From NCBI GenBank assembly GCA_002269645.1, contig NIVC01002157.1:1-64000 (forward strand): a stretch of DNA of 64,000 nt, given 5' to 3'. This document shows positions 48,101 to 60,100 of the stretch, in pieces (position 1 is the stretch's first letter; every line of letters begins with the position of its first letter). The notes below the pieces were generated by a model, which saw nothing but the letters and a program-made list of their open reading frames with translations, was not told where the DNA came from and searched no databases. Made by a program: the position numbers and the translations under genes. This DNA is from Macrostomum lignano (taxonomy: Eukaryota).

Positions 48101-51100
48101 CTCACCGCCGACACCGGCTGCCTGGAGGCCTTCACCGATCCGGAGGCCATGCCGGACAAGCTGGCGCCGTTGCGTCACGCGCTCACTCTGCGCCGTCCCG
48201 ACGAGCAGCTGCTAGTGGATCAGCAGCAACGCGTTGTGCCAACATTTGTGCCGAGGGTGTCCAATCCGCTGTCCGACTCGCTTAGGCGCCTGTGGCAGTC
48301 GGCCACCAGCCTGATGCGGGCCGGGCCCGACTTGCCGCCTGCTGAGCTGGACACTGACGCCCAGTTGGACGTGCCAGATGTGCGTTTGATTTGCCAGTCT
48401 GTCTGGACCTTCTGCTGTTTGTTTGTTGCTTATTGCATTTCCATTCGAGTTCAAAGCTGTAGTTTGGGACCGATCTTTGTTCGTATTCATCTGAAGGATT
48501 CTTTGGAGATTAAGAATTTTAGTTTTGAGGTTTGGATTCTTAGTTTTGAGGTTGGGATTCTTAGTTTTGAGGTTGGGATTCTGAGGTTGGGATTCTTAGT
48601 TTTAAGGCTGGGATTCTTAGTTTTTGAAGTTGGGATTCTTAGTTTTGAGGCAGAGATTCTTAGTTTTGAGGTTGGGATTCTTAGTTTTGAGGTTGGGATT
48701 CTGAGGTTGGGATTCTTAGTTTTAAGGCTGGGATTCTTAGTTTTTGAAGTTGGGATTCTTAGTTTTGAGGCAGGGATTCTTAGTTTTGAGGTTGGGATTC
48801 TTAGTTTTGAGGTTGGGATTCTGAGGTTGGGATTCTTAGTTTTGAGGCTGGGATTCTTAGTTTTTGAGGTTGGGATTCTTAGTTTTGAGGCAAGGATTCT
48901 TAGTTTTGAGGCTGGGATTCTTAGTTTTGAGGCTGGGATTCTTCGTTTTTGAGGTTGGGATTCTTAGTTTTGAGGCAGGGATTCTTAGTTTTGAGGTTGG
49001 GATTCTTAGTTTTGAGGCTGGGATTTTTAGTTTTGAGGTTGGGATTCTTAGTTTTGAGGCTGGGATTCTTAGTTTTGAGGCTGGGATTCTTAGTTTTGAG
49101 GTAGGGTTTTTTAGTTTTGAGGCTGGGATTCTTAGTTTTGAGGCTGGGATTCTTAGTTTTGAGGTTGGGATTCTTAGTTTTGAGGTTGGGATTCTTAGTT
49201 TTGAGGTTGGGATTCTTAGTTGGAAGATTGGGATTATTACGAGATTGAGATCACTAGTTTGGGTTTAGGTTTTACAAGCATTTTAAGGGGGTGGATTTTT
49301 ATGATTTGTTTGTTTAAACCTTACTAATTTTGATTGAATGTTTGTTGTTTTGTTTCTATATTGATGTTGATGCTCTGTGCTTTGACTGCTGTGTTTTAAA
49401 AGAAATCCAGTAATTTCAACCCGATGTCTGGACTTTAATAAGATAAAAGATGCATATAAAGACAATAAAGACAATAAAGACATAATTTCTGGTCCAGGCT
49501 CAATGATAAAACCGCTCCTGAAGGGTATAGCAAGCTTGTCAGAGAGCGCATCGGTTGCAAAGAAACAACAATTCACAGGACTAACCAGTAATGGTTTAGA
49601 ATCGATTCATCTGTAATTAAATACACTCCAGCCGAAATGAGTAACAAAGAATGCTTGAAACGGATTAATGTCGGAATCGGCTGCCTTGAATGCGAATCAG
49701 TATTGGATTGATGGGCGCATTTGTTAGTTAGCTAACTAATTCCATAGCTAAATTGCCTGCAGATAAAATGGCTATGAATAAACTAATGAACTGTTTTGAT
49801 TCTTTCCAAGCATTGCATACTATTGTCTTCAAACAGCCGTGCCCCTCTGAAGCTTCTAGTATTCCCCTCTGGAGCTTCTATTATTCCCCTCTGGAGCTTC
49901 TAGTATTCCCCTCTGGAGCTTCTAGTATTCCCCTCTGGAGCTTCTAGTATTCCCCTCTGGAGCTTCTATTATTCCCTTCGGGAGCTTCTAGTATTCCCCT
50001 CTGGAGCTTCTAGTATTCCCCTCTGGAGCTTCTAGTATTCCCCTCTGGAGCTTCTAGTATTCCCCTCTGAACCCTCCAGCATTCTCCTCTGAACCCTCCA
50101 ATATTCCCCTCTGAACTCTCTAGTAATTCCCTCTAAACCCGCTAGAGCAACTCTGGAGAATGGTCTATTTATTCTTGCTTAGCAATCTACTTTTTGAACA
50201 ATAAAAATCATAATAAATAGCTCTTTTTATGGCTAACGCACACTTATCTTGCTCGTTGATATACACCTGTACATAACAGACCATGTTCTGTCGTTGTGCA
50301 TACTAGTACGCTCATATATGCATATCGTACTGGGTTGGCCGGCTGTCTTGTTGCATTAGCGAATCGCAGGTCAACGCACTGGACTCCTGTCCTATGTGTA
50401 TAAATATACTCCAATAAATTGCGGCTTTTTCAAGCCTCGTATTCAATGCATCCTATCTCTGGTGATCCATATCGAGTCTACTTTAGGTCACTTTCATTCT
50501 CTTCTCTAACGCGCATATTAAGAGAGCCTTATCCTGTGTGCGCGAGTAAGCTTTTTGGCGAGATTGCTTAATCGAGTTACCATAGGCCCGGCGGCTTTCT
50601 AGTTAGATTGCAGTAACTCACTGTGTTGTTAGTGTCTCCCTGGCTTACTAGGGGAGTTTTGGAATTACCTTGATGAGGCAGTAGCGGATGCCTGCCTGAC
50701 TCTCTCGGTGTGTCACTTCCTGCTTTCAGACTGCTAAATTTGATAGTTTTTTAAAGTAAATATGCCTGTAGTAATGTAATACTCTAGACCAAACAAGTCG
50801 ATGTGTGTCAATCGTACTACCCATTGTTCTCAAATATGTAAGAACAGGTTTACCTTCATCTATTCTCTTAAAAAATTTCGATGGAATCGAAATCTACGAA
50901 GGTCCGTCGATGCATAGTAGAATGCTTAACACTTTGGTAACCTTTAGAAAGACTGCAAACAAGGCGTTGGCTGGCTTGGATTGAAGATTGAAAATATAAT
51001 CTCTCCGAATTAGTCAAAACAATGGCCGTTTTGACTTTGAAACTCAGTCCTAAATTTGACGGAAATGGCATCAGTTACTATTTTTGCGCAATCGCTAATG

Positions 51101-54100
51101 TTCAAGACTTCAAGCTAAAGAGATTTGCTATCAAGTTATCTCAAGACTTCAAGCTAAGGAGATTGCTATCAAGTTATCTCAACACTTCAAGCTAAGGAGA
51201 TTGCTATCAAGTTATTTCAAGACTTCAAGCTAAAGAGATTTGCTATCAAGTTATCTCAAGACTTCAAGCTAAGGAGATTGCTATCAAGTTATCTCAAGAC
51301 TTCAAGCTAAGGAGATTGCTATCAAGTTATCTCAAGACTTCAAGCTAAGGAGATTGCTATCAAGTTAACTCAAGACTTCAAGCTAAGGAGATTGCTATCA
51401 AGTTATCTCAAGACTTCAAGCTAAGGAGATTGCTATCAAGTTAACTCAAGACTTCAAGCTAAGGAGATTGCTATCAAGTTATCTCAAGACTTCAAGCTAA
51501 GGAGATTGCTATCAAGTTATCTCAAGACTTCAAGCTAAGGAGATTGCTATCAAGTTAACTCAAGACTTCAAGCTAAGGAGATTGCTATCAAGTTATCTCA
51601 AGACTTCAAGCTAAGGAGATTGCTATCAAGTTATCTCAAGACTTCAAGCTAAGGAGATTGCTATCAAGTTATCTCAACACTTCAAGCTAAGGAGATTGCT
51701 ATCAAGTTATTTCAAGACTTCAAGCTAAAGAGATTTGCTATCAAGTTATCTCAAGACTTCAAGCTAAGGAGATTGCTATCAAGTTATCTCAACACTTCAA
51801 GCTAAGGAGATTGCTATCAAGTTATCTCAAGACTTCAAGCTAAGGAGATTGCTATCAAGTTAACTCAAGACTTCAAGCTAAGGAGATTGCTATCAAGTTA
51901 TCTCAAGACTTCAAGCTAAGGAGATTGCTATCAAGTTGTCTCAACACTTCAAGCTAAGGAGATTGCTATCAAGTTATCTCAAGACTTCAAGCTAAGGAGA
52001 TTGCTATCAAGTTTTCGCAAGACTTCAAGCTAAGGAGATTGCTATCAAGTTATCTCAACACTTCAAGCTAAGGAGATTGCTATCAAGTTATCTCAAGACT
52101 TCAAGCTAAGGAGATTGCTATCAAGTTGTCTCAACACTTCAAGCTAAGGAGATTGCTATCAAGTTATCTCAAGACTTCAAGCTAAGGAGATTGCTATCAA
52201 GTTATCTCAAGACTTCAAGCTAAGGAGATTGCTATCAAGTTATCTCAACACTTCAAGCTAAGGAGATTGCTATCAAGTTATCTCAACACTTCAAGCTAAG
52301 GAGATTGCTATCAAGTTATCTCAACACTTCAAGCTAAGGAGATTGCTATCAAGTTATCTCAACACTTCAAGCTAAGGAGATTGCTATCAAGTTATCTCAA
52401 CACTTCAAGCTAATGAGAATTGCTCAAGTTATCTCAAGACTTCAAGCTTAAAGACTCAAACTAATTATACGGTTTACCATGTTCGTGTAGATTTTCCATA
52501 CGGATTAGTTAAGGAAGAGAGAGCATCATAACGTGGAGTGAAGACTACAGTTAGCTTCGTTTAGCTACATACCACATTGCGTGCACCGAAGCCATTCTGG
52601 TTGTGAACTATTATCTGGTTTGGATTGTGGATAAGTCATATCATCGTCTTTCGTGATACCTGAGCCTAAAATGTGTCTTATAGGATAAAGCAAGATTACT
52701 CTGGGGCACACTTTGAGACAAGCTGTGGTGACAACTTGGCAGCAAGCGACTTTTTTGCATGATTCGCAGCTTCCCTCCCTACTTTTTAATATCTTCTCTA
52801 TCACTCTGCTAGTCGAATATTTTTCCGCGATTCTGTCTACGTACTGGGGTACACTAGGCGTAGAACTGGGCGATAATATTCCCATGCGGCCTGGTTCCCA
52901 CGCTTAGGGATGAGGGAGAAGCTAATCGCCTTAAGCACAGGATCTTCATTTCTACTAAAGCACTGCAAATTTCTGGCACTGCAAATAGATTTTCAATGGC
53001 ACTAAAATCAGTAGACTTTTGGCAGGAGGGGGGGGGCAAAATCTGCACACAAGTCTTCTGCTCCCTTGGGTAGGATAATTTTATTGTCGCTATGAGGGAT
53101 TGTGGTGAGAGAAGATATTTTAATGGAAAGAGAGTGGTGGAAGATAATAGGAAGAATGGCAGAAAATATGATAAGGAATGGTAAGATATACGGGAGAGAA
53201 GGCTGTGAGATCTGGCAGATGTAGGTAGGAGAATTGTAGGAAATACAGAAAAAGAACAGTCAGAAGGCGAGAAGTAAAATCTACGAAGTACGACAAAGGG
53301 GTCACTCCACCTGACTAAAGGCGGGTTGTGACACAACGGTATCACATTACATAATATGCCCGAAGGCATATTATAGAAGTGAGACATACCTGTGGCAACA
53401 TTTGTACTCACCCACGCATTTATACTCTTGATGAGGAAAGGAAGCGAAATAAATAGCATAGCAGAACTGCATCTTGATCAGGCCACGATGTGGGACGCCC
53501 ACTCTTCCATTAGCTCATTTGCATAATTAGCCCACAATATAAAGGATTAGAAGGCCTTTATAGCTAATGAGGTTTTGAATTCACCTGTTACGAGTTTGTC
53601 GTCTGCACGCGACCAAACTTAGAGATATTAACACGAGCATAGATGACAATTGAATTGCTCCATTTGCTCCATTGGATTACAGACTGTGAGGCTAGAAAAT
53701 TACCTAATATATTCAAATTGATATAGCTAGTCTGTGTGAATGAAAGTGTTAGTAAACCATGTTGACAAAACGCAAATTGACAAAACATTTCTCTCCCTCT
53801 CTCTGATGTCAATCAGAAAGATTGAAATCCCTACTATAGGTGCTCTCTGCTCTATTTTTCTCCTCGATTTCGCTCTCGCCTTGTTTGCTCTGTGACGTGT
53901 GTCGCCTACATCGATAACGCTTCCTCTCTGCTTGGTACTTCAAACTACTCGGCACTCGGCCAAAAATGCATGGCCAGCCATTCAGTCCCGCACTTCAGTT
54001 AGGCGTGTAATACTTGATGGAGCAAAACTTGATGGAGCAAAACCAAGTGGGGACTCACCAAAGCATAAGAGAAGTTCGAGAATAGGTGAAATGCAACTGG

Positions 54101-57100
54101 GATCAAGTGTTAAGAGGAAAATGGCATATGCGGGGCAAAGCAAAGGCAACTAGTACGCTCGTATTTCCTTTTAAGCGCTGTCCTCGGCTCTATTAAAAAT
54201 GCAGTAAAAAGCATTAAAAGAAAGTAAAAAGAGACGTAAGACTAAATTGTTTTTATTGCTTGTTCTTGAGATATTTATTGTCAAAACACTCCTAATTGTA
54301 GGTGGAAAATTAATTCGGTTCATTACATCATAGACGTTTGACATCTATTATTATACCTTTTCCGGACATCTTCTGAACTGAAAAAAAAATTGTCTGCTAT
54401 TAAAAATAATCATGCTCATACGAGCTATAACCTGTGTCACATCCACCTTTTAGCTATATTAAAATCTCCGCAAGATTTTGGTGTCTAAAACCCTACAGTG
54501 CATTTGTATCCTTGAGCTAGAATATTAATGCAAGCAACGCCCCGGATTTTTGCTGATATTTCAAGTGCTACCGATGTCAACTGGCTTCAGATGGGACTTT
54601 CTGCAGGCATTTAGACTGCTGGCTTGAAGCAAGCGATATTCTTAATCCTGAAAGCAGCATCACACTTCTTTGGCTAAGTCTCTTAGCACTCAGGAAGATT
54701 TTCCTTCTAAGTAGAAAGCAATCCGTGTTTTTGGGACTGATTTCATCTGGATTTCCTACTCTTTAGTGGCTCTTCCTAGCTTGACTGCTTGAAGTTCGTG
54801 TTTCCTGTGTCTATCCTGCCCTTTCGTTTCCAACTCGATCGCTTCATTTGCTAGTTTGACTCGCTTTCATGCCTGCTCCTCTGATCGATCTCTTCATCAG
54901 CTACTGCAAGCTTGTCAGGTTAATACTTGGCATCTGACTTGCTTCGCCCTCTAATTTTATTATGCAGATTCTGAATCAATCGAAATGTCAATGCTAAGTT
55001 ACTCTCTCTCTAAAGGGTGGCACAGGTTGTGCAGTCTGTTTACTTTGATTGCTCAGAAGTGGTCGCTGGCTTATTGTATTAATATATTTATTTCCGCTTC
55101 TCAAACAGCATGCGCAACAAAAAGATCTAAGCGCGCTGATGCTGCATCAGTTTGCACTGGCACAATTTCTACGGAGCGAGAGCGAGAGGGAGAAGAAAAT
55201 AGGAAAATTAAAGGCGCGACACCGAATTCAATTGGATGCGAGTCGGGGTTTCAACGTCAATTCAAATCTTTCTTCAACTGCTTTCTGTTGGTATACGTCT
55301 GCATTAGATTATTGTCTGGCTCATTGTGACCGCAAATTGTTTGTTAGCCTAGAGTATTATTCATTCATACAACGCGAACAAAGTTTCCGCGATTAATCTA
55401 TTATTCAGTCTTGAAGTTCGTCAAACATCTTGCCACGGAGCGGTGTGAACGAGAACCTCTTGCCGCGAAGCGGAGTGAACCTCTTGCCGCGAAGCGGAGT
55501 GAACTTCTTGCCGCGAAGCAGAGTGAATCTCTTGCCGCGAAGCGGAGTGAACCTCTTGCCGCGAAGCGGAGTGAACCTCTTGCCGCGAAGCGGAGTGAAC
55601 CTCTTGCCGCGAAGCGGAGTGAACTTCTTGCCGCGAAGCAGAGTGAACTTCTTGCCGCGAAGTGGAGTGAACTTCTTGCCGCGAAGCGGAGTGAACTTCT
55701 TGCCGCGAAGCGGAGTGAACTTCTTCCCGCGAAGCGGAGTGAACCTCTTGCCGCGAAGCGGAGTGAACCTCTTGCCGCGAAGCGGAGTGAACCTCTTGCC
55801 ACGAAGCGGAGTGAACCTCTTGTCGTTCGAGCTCTCATCGTCCAGTTCTTGCTCTTCGCCGTCGTCCTCCTGATCGTAGTAGGGCTCTCGGTCGTACGCG
55901 GTCGGGCTATTAACTTCGCTCAGTGCTTGCATCAGGTTGCGAACCTCGAATTCCGATGGTTCGTTCTCGCCCGTCAGCGCTTCCGGCTGATGCTGCTCTT
56001 GCTTTTGCTCCGTCGACGTAGCGTAGGCGGTTGAGAACACCGCCAAAGATACCAAGATGGCCACATATTGGGCGTACTTACACCTCGGCTTCATTTTCGC
56101 TCTTCACGCTATAGTTTAAAGCTGAACAGAAAAAGCCGATCAGTTGCCTCCTTGACTCTGCCAGTTGTGCTTTATGGAGTCCAGTTTGGAGAGCTAGGTT
56201 GCCGCTCCAGTGTGTCTTTCTTCGCGTTGAATTTCTGCCTCTTTTTATCCCCACTCTTTCCTGCAACGGAGCAGGGGTGGTTGCAGTTTTGCTCCGCATT
56301 TCATCAGCATTGCGCGCTGAGTCCAATTGGCTTCCACGGGTTGGATCCTATCAGAGTAAAGCTTCGGTGTTTGTCATGTTAGGATGCGATTTCCCCCACT
56401 GGCCGCACGCATACTCTCAATAACCTCGACTCTCAACTTTAAGCTTTTGTTTAAAAGCTATAATTTCTTTTTGGAAAATAATACAACTGAACCAACTTGA
56501 CGAGCCATTTGCAAATTAAATTCAATTTTAGCCGCTTGTGTCTCGGTTTGAAATTCGAATCTCATGAACTGTAGCTATGGAAACATAATTAGGTTTGCTC
56601 TTCTGGTATGGTTTTTTTATTATCTAGCTTGTAGATATCTATCATAATAAATAACGACAAAAATATTATATTGAAGGACTTTCATTACACATTAGAAATA
56701 CGCAAAAAGAAATAACTACTTAAAATATGTGGAAGATAATCGGTAATATGACCTGAAGCTTGTTATTGATTTGAGAACTCACTGTGCCCTTATTGGCTTT
56801 AGTAATAGGCATTGACGTTGCTGATCCAAGTCTGCCGCATGATTATCCGCAGTGTCAGTTTCGTTGCTTGCCGCTCATTTCTAGTTGCTTTTGTCCATCC
56901 ATCGTAAGGAGAAAATCGAAGCTTGAAATAGTTCTATCTTTTTTCTCCTACTTGCGGAGAAAAGACAAAGCCAATTTTCTCTTTTGGGCGGCTCCTCGGC
57001 AATCGATCGACTTTTGAGGGGAAATGCCGGCCAGTCTTTTCCGATCCCAATCTGGCCTTGCAGTATGTTGTTTATTATAATTCAACAAAGCAGAAAAGCA

Positions 57101-60100
57101 TACAGCGTGTTTTTAACTAAAGAGCGCGCGCTTCTTGAGCCTGTGCCTGTCTATTAAACTTGATGATGTTCTTGGGATGTGCCACCGAACTCGTAAAAAC
57201 TGTCGATACTATACTGTTTAACGGTTCATATTATGCCGTGTTGACTAAACCCAAACCCAGATTCCAGAATCCACTTTTGATTAATACTAAACTTCTTCAA
57301 TAATCAATAAAAAACCTTAATTAAAGCCGTAACACAATTTCGGACAGATTCAAAGATTAAAGTGCTGCAATAGAAGTACATAAAAATTTTCGCTTCACTC
57401 TTGTTTGACAGCGTGGTACAACTCTGAAAATTTAGGTATAGAGAGTTACTTTTTGTAGATATCAATGCTTTGGAGAATTAACAACTACAGCAATAAATAT
57501 AGTTAAATTTCGTTGCACCTGTAACCAAGACTGTGCTTGTCATGTATAGTCTGCAGTCCACATATTGAATTAGTCATTTTGCTTCTACATACTTCAGAGC
57601 TTAAACTCTTATTTACTCCCCACCCCACCCCCGCTCTATGCAGTACAACGCCATGCAAGAGATGATGCAGCTGCTGTACGGTCAGGTGCGACTTCGCATG
57701 GGCAGCCAGTTGACCGAGGCTACCCGCAACAATCTGGAATTCTTTCGCAGCACTATTTGCCGAGTTATGCAAGTCGAAATTGCCGAGGTAGCGGTGCCGG
57801 AGTCTACGGCTGGGACCGGAACTGCCGATCAGGTCTGTCGGTGGCCAATAATGGACAATGGTAGCTAAGGATAGGCAATGATGGACAATGGTAGCTAACG
57901 ATAGGCAATGATGGACAATGGTAGCTAAGGATAGGCGATGATGGACACAATGGTAGCTAACGATAGGCGATGATGGATAATTAATGGTAGCTGAGAATAG
58001 ACACTGATGGACACAATGGTAGCTAAGGATATGCAATGATGGACAATTGTAGCTAAGGATAGGCAGTGATGGGCAATGGTAGCTAAGAATAGACAATGAA
58101 AGCTAGGGATATGGCAAGGACAGCTAGGATAGACAATGAAAGCTAGGGATATGGACAAGGACAGCTAGGATAGACAATGAAAGCTAGGGATATGGACAAG
58201 GACAGCTAGGATAGACAATGAAAGCTAGGGATATGGCAAGGACAGCTAGGATAGACAATGAAAGCTAGGGATATGGACAAGGACAGCTAGGATAGACAAT
58301 GAAAGCTAGGGATATGGACAAGGACAGCTAGGATAGACAATGAAAGCTAGGGATATGGACAAGGACAGCTAGGATAGACAATGAAAGCTAGGGATATGGG
58401 CAAGGACAGCTAGGATAGACAATGAAAGCTAGGGATATGGGCAAGGACAGCTAGGATAGACAATGAAAGCTTGGGATATGGGCAAGGACAGCTAGGATAG
58501 ACAATGAAAGCTAGGGATATGGCAAGGACAGCTAGGATAGACAATGAAAGCTAGGGATATGGACAAGGACAGCTAGGATAGACAATGAAAGCTAGGGATA
58601 TGGGCAAGGACAGCTAGGATAGACAATGAAAGCTAGGGATATGGCAAGGACAACTAAGGATATGGCAAGGACAACTAAGGATAGACAATGAAAGCTAGGG
58701 ATATGGCAAGGACAACTAAGGATAGACAATGAAAGCTAGGGATATGACAAGGACAACTAAGGATAGACAATGAAAGCTAGGGATATGGCAAGGACAACTA
58801 AGGATAGACAATGAAAGCTAGGGATATGGCAAGGACAACTAAGGATAGACAATGAAAGCTAGGGATATGGCAAGGACAACTAAGGATGCAGACGCAGTTA
58901 ATAATGCTCAGCGGTATGTTCATTGGCGGCGGTCACAGGAGCAGACGGATCGCCAAGCCTCAAACCCAGCGTCGGCCTCCAAGCCAGCAGCACGTCCAAC
59001 CGCATCTCCGGCAGCCGAGGGCGGAGCCGGCACCTTCCTCCTAGTCGAATGCGCCCCGCCAACGCATCTGCACTACGCCGAGTCAGCCTTCTCCAGTTCC
59101 GGCCTGCCGCCGAAGGCGTTCGTTTCCGCCTGGAGACGCGAACTGGCCCTTCTTGGCGACCACCTGCCCAGGGGCGTCACCGTCAAAGCTTACGAGGACC
59201 GGATGGACCTCATGGCCGTTCTCATCGAGGGCCCGGCCGGAACACCCTACTCTGGCGCCCTGTTCCTATTCGACCTTCATCTGCCAACTGCTTATCCCGC
59301 TCAGCCGCCGCGCCTGCTCTATCGATCCATGTGCTCTGGTCGGCTCAATCCCAACCTGTACGAGTGCGGCAAGGTGTGCGTCTCGTTGCTGGGCACCTGG
59401 GACGGGCAGGGCACTGAGCGGTGGGCACCGGGCGAATCAAACCTGCTGCAGGTGAGCTTTTGTAGTTGAACTGCTAGATATTCGATTTTTGTCTGTATCC
59501 AGTATCTCAGATAGCTAGTTAAAATCCCAATTTGAAAATCCCAGATCCTCAATAAAATCCCCATCTGAAAATCCCAGATCCTCAATAAAATCCCAATCGG
59601 AGGATCCCAAATCCTCATTAAAATCCAAATCGGAGAATCTTAAATCCTCATTAAAATCCCAATCTAAGAATCCCAAAATCTTCATTAAAATCCCCATCTG
59701 AAAATCCCAGATCCTCATTAAAATCCAAAATCTTCATTAAAATCCCCATCTGAGAATCCCAAATCCTCATTAAAATCTCATCTGAGAATCCCAAATCCTC
59801 ATTAAAATCCCAATCTGAAAATCTCAGCTTATTAAAATCCCCATCTGAAAATCCCAACTCATTAAGATACCAATCTAAAATCATTTGACCGCCGCCAGGT
59901 GCTGGTGTCGGTGCAGGGCCTGATCCTAGTCGAGGAGCCGCTATTCAACGAGCCCGGCTACGAGAAGGGCACCCAGGCGGCCGCGGTGAAGAGTCGCGAA
60001 TACAACGAGCTGGCCGTGGTCCGAACCGCCCAGTCGATGGCCAGTCTGGTCTCCTCGCCGCCGGACACGTTTGCTGCCGAGGTCGGCCGCTACGCTGAAA

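Noticed and set aside
52565-52885. Cys-rich minus-strand ORF ([18 protein letters not shown])
   Set aside because: No recognisable domain or splice context; possibly a TE remnant, unsupported.
54450-54950. Possible gypsy gag/protease remnant on the minus strand
   Set aside because: Only a vague charged coiled-coil-like stretch interrupted by stops; no diagnostic motif.
55401-56034. Overlapping ORFs in other frames and strand across the peptide array
   Set aside because: By-products of a stop-free 24-bp repeat; only 55405-56094 has a signal peptide and processing sites.
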